DNA from: Pseudogymnoascus verrucosus | Lineage: Eukaryota | Assembly: GCA_001662655.1 (NCBI GenBank) | Contig: KV460276.1 | Length of the DNA: 64,000 bases | Reading direction: 5' to 3' (one strand) | Part shown: positions 11,313-22,295 of the stretch, piece after piece | Layout of the letters: each line of letters starts with the position of its first letter | Numbering within the stretch: the stretch's first letter is position 1 | The notes under the pieces: model-generated | What the model was told of the DNA's origin: nothing | The model's input: the letters and a program-made list of their open reading frames with translations, nothing else | Database searches by the model: none | Made by a program: the position numbers and the translations under genes

Positions 11313-12657
11313 CTTGAAAGCGGTTATATGCCAATATAGAGAAGATTGAATTGAGAGTAGTGAGAAGGAATAATTGGAGATTTCGTGTCCTTCTTATATA
11401 AAATTATGGACAGCTGCCCTGTAAGTTAATGGCGCCTAATGAGGTCACAGCCCCGAATCCCTTCTACATAATTGCTCTTAAAAGCTTAGCATGGCAGGGA
11501 AGGTTTGCGAGGTGCCGAAGATAAAAGAGTTTCTCCGGTCTGGTATCTTGTGACCCCTAGCGTGAAAAGCTTAGTATCGATCTCCCCGAGGCTTAGCATA
11601 GCACGGGAAGTTAATCAAGAAGCCAAAGATTGGAGAGTTTCTCCGACACGGGAGCCCGGGACCCCTCTCATCGAAAAGCCTAACGTAACTACTCAAAATT
11701 TATACACGGCAGGGTCATTTTCCACGAATGAAACCGAACTACCCCACGTTATGCACAATCTATCGTATAGAGAGTGCAATGTAAGTAACATGCACAGAAA
11801 CAATACAATTCATAGCTCTCTAGAATTGCTAGATTCGGATCAGAGATAATTATTCCAAGGAAGCGGCCCCTGTCTCGGCATAGTTTGTTTCCAGCACAAA
11901 ATATGACGCCTTTACGTCGAGAGTGCAGGTTGACAATTTAAACCACATACCAGAAAATGCGTGTAATGACGTATATCTTTGCGATAGGGTGTCACGTATT
12001 CTTGTTGCGATTTAATAATTGGGTTAAGTTCTCTTAAGTCTATAGCCGTATCTAACAAGATATATGCTACAATGAGAACTGTAATCTAATACTAGCAATA
12101 AGCACAGAAGGCAGCCACTTATTCTCGACGGTCACCTTCAGTATAGTAGTGCGTTTCGAACAAGATACCTTAGATAAATTTGCCGAATTCCGGATTCCAA
12201 GGACATGATTCTCTGCACCCCGCGTTTTATGCAGCTTAGATATTAAATACAGCGCATGGTTCATCCAAGCTGTCGCAGCTTAACCATAATCTCTTAATTT
12301 TCCACCTCTTAAAAGCTCCAGTTCTATTAATAATAGATTTTAAACGAAACAGGCCGTTTACATAGGACACATGATTCGCGGAAAGAAAAATAAGCATTGG
12401 CCGTGTGGAAATCAAACTTGTCCAACCTAATTTACAATATTAGTTCACACACGCGACGAAGCTTGTCCAAAATTAAGCTTTGCCCTAGTAATGCTTCTTA
12501 CACGAGTAATTAGTTATGAATGTATACGTACATTCATGTACTCAGTCGCGAGTCTGTGAGTAATAGTATAAGAGGAGGCGGTAATCCAAAGGACTTTCCT
12601 TTTGTCTCCTTACCTTCATCAAACTTCTCTAAGTGTGCGTTCTAGCTGATATTCAGC

Positions 12658-14211
12658 ATGAAGTTTCTCATCTTTGCCACTCTTCTTCCATTGGTGCTGG
12701 CTTGTACCAATCCAAACTCAGATGCTTGTGCCTCTGCAGTCAGTGTGTTAGGGCAGGCCTTCTGTGCTACATATACCACAAAAGTCAACACAGCCACGAC
12801 ATCGCTGCCAGCATGGGCAAGCGCCTGCTCGAATAAGCCCACCAAGATCTCCAGTGTGTGTACTTGCTTCGCGACGGCAACTGCACCGGCAACCGCAACT
12901 GTACGTATGATCACCTTGTAATGAGCTCTACTTTGCTAATGCTCAGCATAGCCAACGACATTAAAAACTAGTACGACGGCAACAAAGGTCACAACGACGA
13001 CATCAGCCCCTGGTGGTGGTGGTGGAACTGCTTGCACTGTGACCGCTTATGCTTCAATCTCCGCTGCCGTTGCATCATGCTCAAACATTGTTTTATCCGG
13101 AATTTCTGCTCCCGCCTCTAGCTCAATTGATTTATCAAAGTTGAAGACTGGTGCGGCAGTTACCTTCTCTGGCACAACTGTACGTATGATTAATCGTGAC
13201 ATATAAACTGGATTGCTAACTGTGGAAGACCTTTGGGAAAACGTCAAGCAATGACTTCAACCCCATCGTTATTTCTGGTACCGATATTACCATCACGGGA
13301 TCAGCTGGCCATGTTATTGATGGAAACGGCCTGGCGTACTGGGATGGTCAGGGTTCAAATGGAGGTGTCGCAAAGTACGTCTGAAATATTTTCCATATAA
13401 TAGGAATACTAATTCGTGTGTTAGGCCAGACCATTTTATTGTCGCAAAAAACTTGAAGAACGCAGTATTTTCTAACTTAAACATTAAAAACTGGCCAGTC
13501 CACTGCTTTGATATCACCGGTGGAGACACTATTACGCTAAGCAACATTCATCTTGATAACACGGCGGGAAATGCTGCAAATTCTGCAAGTGGCGGCCTTC
13601 CTGCCGCTCACAACTCGGATGGATTCGATATTTCGGGAACATCTAATCTCATCTTGGAGAATTCGTATGTTAATAACCAAGATGACTGTGTAGCTGTCAC
13701 CAGTGGAACCAACATCCTTGTGTCGGGAATGACCTGCATTGGTGGTCACGGACTGAGTATTGGGTCCATCGGAGGGAAGAGCAACAATGTAGTAGATGGA
13801 GTGACGTTCCAAGATTCGACCATTTCTAATAGTCAGAATGGATGTCGAATCAAGTCTAACTCTGGCACGACTGGAGCTGTAAGTTTAATTTCGCGCTACG
13901 GCAGAAACCCGTTAACATTTTCGCAGGTCAACAACGTCACATATAGCAACATTATACTGTCGGGGATTACCTCATATGGTATTGATGTGCAGCAGGATTA
14001 TTTGAACGGTGGGCCGACGGGTGACCCAACAAACGGTGTCACTATTTCCAACATAAAATTCATCAACGTGAAAGGCACCGTGAGTTCGAGTGCGTATAAT
14101 TATTATATCCTCTGTGGCTCTGGAAGTTGCTCTGGCTTTACTTTTACTAGTGACAGCATTACTGGTGGTAAGACGAGTTGCAACTATCCTTCATCTGGAT
14201 GCCCTAGTTAG
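12658..14211 (+). CDS. Secreted endopolygalacturonase, family GH28, with Cys-rich N-terminal module and Thr/Gly linker, 5 exons
   Basis: Signal peptide; YWDGQGSNGG; catalytic motifs HNSDGFD, NQDDC, GGHGLSIGS, RIK; canonical introns (first 12901-12951). Confidence 0.95.
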
Positions 14212-14264
14212 GTATTATGAGGAATGCATGCTATATTTTAGATTATAATGTCACGTAAATCTAT

Positions 14265-14400
14265 CCGTGTTCGGCACGGATGCTGATATACCCGTGATAT
14301 CCAGGTATATCCTCGAGTATATACCTACCCTTTGATTTTTGAAAAGTATCCGGGGTATCCAGATACTTCAGGGATATATACGGATACATGCCAAGCATAG
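14265..14400. mobile_element. Small degenerate inverted-repeat element (MITE-like)
   Basis: Left arm ccgtgttcggcacggatgctgatatacccg versus reverse complement of the right arm ctatgcttggcatgtatccgtatatatccc; terminal mismatches are mostly transitions; no clear target-site duplication. Confidence 0.4.
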
Positions 14401-14649
14401 CTAAGAATAGCCAAGGCCCATTTTTACAAACGCCGTAAGACCTGTCTTTATACTGTATATAGTGATAAATATCCTTAGAATGAGTGACTCTTCGTTATTA
14501 GATATACCAACAGAGCTTAAGGGCTATAGTAGCTATGTTACTTATGCTAAGCCAAGCTTACCAACGCTGTCTACCCCTACTCTACGGCCTAATGATGCTA
14601 CACTGCTCTAGCTCTAGTCTCTAGGACTAATGCTACTACTAACGACATC

Positions 14650-17150
14650 TATACTATTTACAAAGCAATCATTCAGCCCTCTACTGAACTGCATATCATG
14701 GACTCGTTGCTCATCATAACTCAGTAAAAAGTCCCTTAAAACCAAAGCAAGATGCTTCTAAAGAGGCATTCTCTCCAGCTCTTCCGGCTCGTCTGGCACA
14801 AGCCACCCCCAGGTCTTCCTCTGCCTCCCCATCATTCTCATACTTCTGGTTATCTATCACGAGTACAGCTTTAGCAAGCGCAACCTAGGCTACTCTTTCT
14901 TTACCTACAGTCTTTCGCAAAAAGAGAAGGTAAACCCACCCCATACCGGGAACTTAGCCAAGCACTACTGTAATCACAGTTATAGGATACGTATTTGTGT
15001 CATCAGCTATCCAGTCTCTTGCACCAGGTTTACTATGGGTACGACTTAAGGTAACCTATCTTATTGAGAACTACCAACTAATCGTATCTCACAGGCAGTT
15101 GCACATCTAAGCATGCTATCCAACTCTCGCTTCTGAGTCTGAAGGGTAGCACTGCCCTAGATATTATCAGCGATCTTGCCAGTACGTCTCGCCCTATGAG
15201 ATTCCCCTTCCCAGCAGCATCCTCCCTGTTTCACCAATTCGTTATGCGCAACCTTGTCCAAGGTTGTGCATAAAGAATTGGTGAGTTCGCATGGGATTGG
15301 AGTCGTACCGGTGAGGATAAAGATGCCCCAAGTACGGAGGGCAGAGTCTATTTTGGAGATTGTGGCAAGAGATTCGGAAGAGGAGAGGGAATCGGAGGCG
15401 AAGAGAGAAGTGCAGTCGATGATATCTTATTGCAGCATAGTGAGTAGAACTTTAAATAAACCACGGTTGCGACACAACATGCTGCACTCCAAAAGCCATT
15501 GACTGGGTACTTTACCCCGCATTATATTTAGTCAGCTGTAGCTATTTGGCAGGAGTACCGTCTTTCGTCCACAGAAATTAACTGCCCGCTCTCTAGTAAA
15601 AATTGAAGAGACCTCACATATGATGGATCGATCGAGCGCTAGATTTTCGAGGCCCTCATTATCGAAACAGTACGTCTTTGCTACATCGAAAGACGCCTTC
15701 GTCTGCGAGTAGAACTGACTGTAGGCTAGACCATCCACCAGCTCTCGGTTAGTTGCTGTGAGAGTCATCCCGATCGAGTCTCTCATACTTAGTGTGGCTC
15801 CGTGAAAATTCGAGAAGGCTTCGTTTCCTGCGATAAATCTGAGGACACGGGACTAGATTCCCTCAAGCTTATCTGCCTGCAAGCTGTACCGGATTAGCTG
15901 TTGCCGTGACTAGTGCAGGTTACGGTCCCTGACAAGTCTTTCAGTGCCGGTTGCAGTAGTATTTGCCTTCGCAGCACTATGTGAGCAGCTGCGTCACTGC
16001 TGCCATGTCCTGACATTCTTCGTAGATTGCGGGTAGGAAAATTCCATCCAGCCAGGTGCTTTCTTGCTCGTCGGTGAGATAACTATTGCGATCTTCTTTC
16101 GCAAACGACCACATGTGGGGAAAGAAGACGTAGATGTTGACCTTCTCCCATTAAGCGACGTGTCCTAGGCAGTAATGCGGCACCTTGGGAAGTGGTCGAC
16201 TGATGATTCGTTCGGTATCTAATGCGTCAAAGTATCGCGTGTTGATGTTTAAGTGAATAGCTGCGCTGAGGTTTGGCATCACATGAGAGACAGGATTCTA
16301 CTCAATTCCTGACTTAGCGACAGCTAAGCTAGACGTATATGCGCAGAAACTGTCGATGTCAAAGGTGACTTGAGTAGGACGCTGTAGTCGACTGCAACTA
16401 TTCTCAGAGAGACACAAGTTGTGGGGTAAAGGAGTATCGTTGTCGGAATTGGGCTTGGGAATGCCTGTAAAGATCTCTCGCAAGTGCCGATTTCCATCAA
16501 TGTATTGTGCTGGCATGAAAGGATCGCTCGAAATGATGTTTGGGATCTCGTCTGCAAATTCTCCTTCGGGGTCTTGGAGCCGGGCAATACTCTGAAGCGA
16601 TTTATAGGTGTTTGAGGCATCTGATTGTTCATGGTTACTCAGACGCTCAGCATGGAGAAAGTTGTGCTCCTCTTCCTAGCAGCTCTGAAAATGCCGCAAC
16701 TGCAGCGCAAGTTTCCGAGCAACAGAAGGGTCTTCATCGACAACATTCTCGCCTTCGCAGATATCTTCAATTAATGGCGAATCCGTTGCATTGCCATGAT
16801 ACGCTTCTTCATTTTCGAGTTGTGGATATTGTTCTTGCAACATTGCGGAGTTGGCTTCCTGTTCATTGCAGAGTCGCCGACCTGCTGCCTGTGTAGAAAT
16901 ATCGCGTGTATCATTGAGATCCTCGTCATCATCACCGTTATCGTCACCGTCATCGTCATCGAAAATCGCTATGTTGTAGTCGTCCCCCATATGATACATA
17001 GACTCGGAAAAAGAGCCTGGTTCGACATCATTTGGTTCGTGATCTAATCGCGGTAGCCCTAAAGCTTTGTCTTAGAGGGGCGGTAGGGATGTGTCTGCTG
17101 GAGACGTTGATCCTGACTGTTGTCTAATATCTCCGTCTCTAGAATCGTGC
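14650..17150 (-). pseudogene. Decayed long gene of an uncharacterised fungal family
   Basis: Read-through of stops: ARKLALQLRHFQSC*..VTFDIDSFCAYTSSLAVAKSGIE*NPVSH..VPHYCLGHVA*WEKVNIYVFFPHM..WLDGIFLPAIYEEC, frameshift, SRQQLIRYSLQADKLEGI*SRV..GLAYSQFYSQTKASFDVAKTYCFDNEGLENLALD. Stops fall where TGG/CAA/CAG would be expected. Both ends are approximate. Confidence 0.6.
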
Positions 17151-17526
17151 CTTGCGTCGATGATTGCTCCCGTGAAAGGCTGGACAGATGTGGGTTAGCA
17201 TATGCGAATGAGGTTCTAGAAGTCTTTGAGAAGGGACGTACTTGAAGTCCTTCAGAGTCTCTGGCAACTAAAATTATATTTGCTCCTTCGTTCTAATGCG
17301 CCTCATTTGTAGGTCTGCGTATCAGCTTTGCTTCCCCTGTTGCCTTTGCACGTCTCCTTGCTCTATGAGCAGCACTGCGTACGGCTGCTTTCTTGCGATT
17401 TGCTCGATTGAGTCGAGTCTAGACAGATACTTTAGGGGCCGTCCCCTACGGTGTATATTTTAGGTCTACAATGCATTTAAAAGGGTTCCTGTGGCCGGAC
17501 ATCCTTATCGGCGCATCAGGACAAAG

Positions 17527-18075
17527 AGTTTGATTTATTAATCCTTCCTCTAGGTTAGGGGTAGTTTGATTTAAACACCTTAGGTAGGAATAGTTTAATT
17601 TAATCGCCTTAGGCGGGAATAGTTTGATTTAATCATCCTTAGGCATAAAACTACAACTTAATTACTTCTCTATAATAGATGGTTTATAACTTTAGATGCT
17701 ACGATCCATTACATAATGATTCTAGGTGTAAGTAGTATAAGGATACCTCCTTACTTAGGTTAGTTATAGCTGTTATATAGCGCCCTTAAGACTTGGGGCT
17801 GTTATAGTTTAATTACAACTATAAGCCTTAGGCATATAGCATAAGGAAGCCTTAGGCAAATAGGGAGTTAGTAGAGTTAGAGGGGTTTTAGGTATTTAAG
17901 GAAATAGGAATAGAGGGTTATACCTTTATCTTTTTTATATCCTTTATAGTAGACCTATAGGATAGAGTATAGCATTACCTCTAACTTATACTCCTATATA
18001 CACTTATAAAGAGCTGTATTCCCTATAGAAAATTACTTTAGCATCCTATTAGAGTACGCTAGTACTCTTTTAAAA
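17527..18075. repeat. AT-rich RIP-like block starting with ~29-bp tandem repeats
   Basis: Units TAGTTTRATTTAA...CCTTAGG at 17562, 17591 and 17620 plus a degenerate copy at 17527; the following ~400 bp is TpA-rich and ORF-free. Confidence 0.65.
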
Positions 18076-18142
18076 AACAGGCCGTTGGTAGTAAGGGAGG
18101 TACGTACTAACGTAGGGTAGACGGGGCGGGCCGCTACCCGTA

Positions 18143-18190
18143 ACTGCAACTGCGACTACAACTGCAACCACAACAGCGACCGCGACCGCT
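18143..18190 (+). repeat. Degenerate hexamer microsatellite, 8 units
   Basis: actgca actgcg actaca actgca accaca acagcg accgcg accgct. Confidence 0.7.
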
Positions 18191-18667
18191 ACTTACGACC
18201 TGCTACCTCGAACCACCGCGCATTAAATATCAATTACATTGTTAAAGCTAAAACCTCGAAAACAACTCCATCTAATGCGCACGCATTGATAGTGCCTACG
18301 TATAAACTCTTATAATTTTAAAATCGCTCCTTATAGACAATGTACTCCCCTCCTCTTAGCGTCGCACGTTAATCCTAAAACCGACGGCAAACGATTCGCA
18401 TGTACTCTCCTACAAATATGTATAATTTTAAAATCGCTCGTCGTACTCCTATAACGTCACATATAATCATAGCAAACTGTTCGCACACGTCGAAGATACC
18501 CTCTACGAATTTGCGCAATTTTAAAATCGCTCGTCGTCGCGTTGGCAACGCCCATTTCCGCGTTATGGAGATCGCGCCAAGACCATCTATATCATCAAAA
18601 CCCCCTATAATTTTCGCAATTAGCCTCTCCCCTACGTTACACCCGTTACACCCCTATAAACCACAAA

Positions 18668-20059
18668 ATGGCCTCCGACGATGTATACCCCCTCTTTATG
18701 CTTGACGACAACAAAATCCTCCATGGTATCGTCGTTACATGGACCCTCCGCTTCAACGACCTTCTCGACGCCGACCGCCTCCACACCTCCCTCTGCCGCC
18801 TCCTCTCGATCGGCGACTGGAGAAAGGTCGGCGGACGCCTAGTCCGAAAGGTATCCCCTACCTCCCTCGAAATTCACGTCCCCCCTCAGTTCACCCCCGC
18901 ACGCCCCGCCCTCACCTACTCCCACACGGCCAACCCCTCTGACATCGACGACCACCCCCTCGCTAAGACCCTCCCAAAGGCCACGCCCACCCCCTCCATC
19001 CAGCGCGGCTCCAACGAATTCCGCGACTTTGAATGCCGTAAAGACGCTCCTGCCACCCTCGAGGACTACCTCATCAACGACACGCCCATCCTCTCCCTCC
19101 ACATCACCTCCTTTAATGACGCCACCATAATCGGCCTAACATGGCCGCACGTCCTCATGGACGTCATGGGCCAGCAGGCTCTCCTGCGCGGCTGGTCGCT
19201 CGTCCTAGCAGGAAAGGAGTCGGAAGTCCCAGCCCTCCTCGGCGCACGTGAGGACGCCCTCTTATTCCCCGACAACCAAGAAGTCTACCATCCCCAACGC
19301 CTTCAAGGATTCGGCATGTTCAAGTTCGGACTGCGATTTGTCGCCGACCTCCTCTGGAATCGCGTCGTCGAGACACGCACAATCTTCCTGCCAAAGGCGG
19401 CCGTGGCCAAACTACAACTCCAAGCCCAAGAAGACCTCTCCGGCGAGTTCGTCAGCGAAGGCGACGTTCTAACAGCATGGGCGACGCGTGCTGTGGCCTC
19501 ATCCATGCCACCTCGTCCCATAACCGCCCTACACCCCCTTAACCTGCGATTCCGTCTTCCATCCCTCATCGAGGCTCCCGGCGTCTTCGTGCAGAACATG
19601 GCCGTCTCAGCCTTCTCGCTCTTCACGCCTGAACTCCTCCGAGGACCCCTCGGACCCATTGCGCTCGAGAATCGGCGCCAGCTGATGGAGCAGGCGACAG
19701 AGCCTCAATTGCTCGCCTTGTTACGCGAGATGAGACAGAGCTACACGCCTGGCAGCGACACAACCGTTCTCTGCGGCGAGTCGCATGCCCTGCTGATGCC
19801 GTTTACGAACTGGACCCGAGCAAACGTCTATCAGGCGGCTGATTTTAGCTCAGCAGTCGTACGCGCTGGTGAGGGAGACTCGAGGAACAACCCGCCCGGC
19901 ACCATTGTGTACCAGCACGCCAATTCAATGCGATCGAGCCCGACGATGCGAAATGTCGTTGTCATACATGGCAAGGACCACGGTGACAACTACTGGCTGA
20001 CCGCGCTTCTGCTCCCGGCCGCTTGGGCGAAGATTGAGGAGGAGATTAAGAAGTTGTAG
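18668..20059 (+). CDS. CoA-dependent acyltransferase-like protein (CAT-like/BAHD-type fold), intronless
   Basis: 463-aa ORF with WRKVGGRL, PILSLHITSFNDATIIGLTWPHVLMD (HxxxD) and VSEGDVLTAW; substrate unknown. Confidence 0.75.
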   Translation: MASDDVYPLFMLDDNKILHGIVVTWTLRFNDLLDADRLHTSLCRLLSIGDWRKVGGRLVRKVSPTSLEIHVPPQFTPARPALTYSHTANPSDIDDHPLAKTLPKATPTPSIQRGSNEFRDFECRKDAPATLEDYLINDTPILSLHITSFNDATIIGLTWPHVLMDVMGQQALLRGWSLVLAGKESEVPALLGAREDALLFPDNQEVYHPQRLQGFGMFKFGLRFVADLLWNRVVETRTIFLPKAAVAKLQLQAQEDLSGEFVSEGDVLTAWATRAVASSMPPRPITALHPLNLRFRLPSLIEAPGVFVQNMAVSAFSLFTPELLRGPLGPIALENRRQLMEQATEPQLLALLREMRQSYTPGSDTTVLCGESHALLMPFTNWTRANVYQAADFSSAVVRAGEGDSRNNPPGTIVYQHANSMRSSPTMRNVVVIHGKDHGDNYWLTALLLPAAWAKIEEEIKKL

Positions 20060-20460
20060 GCGGGATCTGTTCGTTCGCCGCCGATTCCATTTCTCCGCGT
20101 TACCGAGAGCATCTAGTGTAGGTGGACATCTGTCCGTTTGTCGCCGATTCTATTTCTCCACGACACTGAAAACGATACTGAGAGCATTTAGAGTTGGAAT
20201 CAGAGAGATGTGTTTTAGCCCCTGCTATCGAGGACGAGTGTTTGGCTTTTAGATCGACGGGATATGCTTCGGCTCCTAATATCGAAGAGTGCGTCGACGC
20301 CGAAATGGACTCGGCAGGTTAATTCTAAATCTCTGTGCATAATCATAGAATCGTTTCTGTTTTTTAGACTAGACTAATAATTTATACTTCTATTTTCCGT
20401 ATTTCACGCCGCTCTATTCGGACGTTCAACTACCCCTTACTCACCCGCCCTTCGCCCCCG

Positions 20461-21567
20461 TTAAACCTTCAACCACGGCAACTCCTCCTTCGAATACCTA
20501 TACGCCCTAAACAGCGCATTCGACTCGCCAGGAAAGATCCCCCTCGTGATATCATCCTTGTACTCTGCAAAATGCGGCACAATATACTCCCAAACCAACA
20601 CCCCCTTCACCGTCACCTCGAAGATCCTGCCAAACGCGCTCTCGCAGATGAGCGTATTCCCATTCGCCAACCTCTGCGCGCTCCCCATAAACGGAGTGAA
20701 AAAGGTATTCCACTGCGACGGGTCCCTATACTGCCACACAATTTCTTTCGTCCTGCGGTCCACCTCAATAACCCTGCTATATGTGTTCGACTCGCCCGTG
20801 CGGTATGCGCCGTTGTCGAAGATCAGGATATTTCCGTTCTCGAGCTCCGTCGCACAATGCTGCTGTGCAATAACGTCCGACTTCAAACTCCAGATGATGT
20901 TTCCAGTCGCCCGCTCAATGATGAGCACAGCAGAAATCGATCGCATAGAACACAGAATATTTCCATCCTTCAACGGAAGAACACTGTTAATTAGAGGATA
21001 GTGCTCCCTCCCGTAATGTGACTGCAGAGGAAACTCCTCCCTTGGCAACCGCTCGCTGACTTTCCACTCAAAGGTCACCTTTCCTTTAGGGTCAATCTCC
21101 TTGATGATGTCCGCATACGTCACGCCGTCAATCTCCGAACCTGGAATCCCGCCAACAACCTTGGCCGAGTCTTCCTTCGAAAGCGCCTCCAAACTCGTAT
21201 ACAGGAAACCTCCATCCCCATAATGGAACTGGTCGTGATGGCCCAGAGGATCCTTGACCTGCCTGACAACATTCCCGGCTGGATCCAACTCGCTCATAAC
21301 ACCCCCGCCATATTTATGGATGAAGGGGAAGATGTCGGGCGTCTCCGGGTTGATAGTGTTGATGGCGAGATTTCCGTTGGGGAGAATCCGCGCGTGTCGT
21401 CCAGTTCGGCCAGGCAATTGCCAGCGATGAACTTCCTTTCCGTCGATATCAACGAGGTATGCAATATCCCCGGCTAGAGGCGCAAAAAGAGTGTATCCTC
21501 CAAAAGTCTGCTCCTTGTCAACGCCCCTTAGGCCGACCCCGCCTCTTTTGATGGTGTTTTGCTCCAT
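20461..21567 (-). CDS. Arylsulfate sulfotransferase (ASST)-like beta-propeller protein, intronless, no signal peptide
   Basis: First ATG at 21567 (368 aa). GYTLFAP, AYLVDIDGKEVHRW, ILPNGN, GHHD, LINSV..DGNILCSMRS, QQHCATELENGNILIFDNG, SRVIEVD..IVWQY, GSAQRLANGNTLICES..GRIFEVT..VWEY, FRAYRYS. Confidence 0.85.
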   Translation of the reverse strand: MEQNTIKRGGVGLRGVDKEQTFGGYTLFAPLAGDIAYLVDIDGKEVHRWQLPGRTGRHARILPNGNLAINTINPETPDIFPFIHKYGGGVMSELDPAGNVVRQVKDPLGHHDQFHYGDGGFLYTSLEALSKEDSAKVVGGIPGSEIDGVTYADIIKEIDPKGKVTFEWKVSERLPREEFPLQSHYGREHYPLINSVLPLKDGNILCSMRSISAVLIIERATGNIIWSLKSDVIAQQHCATELENGNILIFDNGAYRTGESNTYSRVIEVDRRTKEIVWQYRDPSQWNTFFTPFMGSAQRLANGNTLICESAFGRIFEVTVKGVLVWEYIVPHFAEYKDDITRGIFPGESNALFRAYRYSKEELPWLKV

Positions 21568-21803
21568 TTTGTCCGAATTGTCAGTCAATTGAAAACGGGA
21601 AACACCCCTTCTTATCTCTTCCAGCCTCTAAACATAACCCCGCTATCATTTTGGCGCCGTTACCGGCGATCAGGAACCCCCACGATGAATCTCTAACAAT
21701 TGACCTAGATTTCGGTGACCGGCGACGACCGGGTAGTCCCCACCACGTGCAATCGCGTGCCGCCAACTTCATTCCCCGCGTAAGCCAATAAGCTTCTCTC
21801 CGC

Positions 21804-21844
21804 ATGTTGCCATTTCTAGGGTAAATCAACTTAAATGGCGTCTT
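21804..21844. promoter_or_regulatory. Two near-consensus CYS-3/MetR sulfur-regulator sites in the ASST/MFS divergent promoter
   Basis: ATGTTGCCAT (21804-21813) and ATGGCGTCTT (21835-21844) each match ATGRYRYCAT at 9 of 10 positions. Confidence 0.35.
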
Positions 21845-22295
21845 CACGCCTTCGTGAGTATTTTTTAACTTTTGCCATATAAATCGTTCAAATTCGTCGT
21901 GTTTGAATGTTTTCTTTTACGGTGGTATACGGCTCTCTGCTCCTTTTTAAATGCGACGGATTGAATAATGCTGGCTGTCGACCCCATGCATTCAAACTCT
22001 TATGAAGAGTGCATACGTCAGCTCAGAATCTCCTCTCATTGGGCTAATAGATAAGGTATACCGAAGATGATCAAGCCACAAACGTGGTTGGGACGTTGAC
22101 TTATTGGTCGGATATGGCGTATCTTCCCATCACCCTGCTCTACTTATCTCCGTAATGGCCAGTGCTGATAGCGACGGGGTTGTAACGATGTCGGAATCCA
22201 GCGCGCCATGGGATATGAGATGAGATGCCTCTTAGATACAAATATAGGGCCCTGCCGAGAGAATGTCATTCATTTCAGAACCCCCATAGTCTAAA

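Noticed and set aside
12516..12537. ATGAATGTA-TACG-TACATTCAT hairpin upstream of GH28
   Set aside because: A single 9-bp AT-rich stem is expected by chance in 64 kb.
17527..17650. 29-bp repeats as a CRISPR-like array
   Set aside because: Head-to-tail units with no unique spacers, in eukaryotic DNA.
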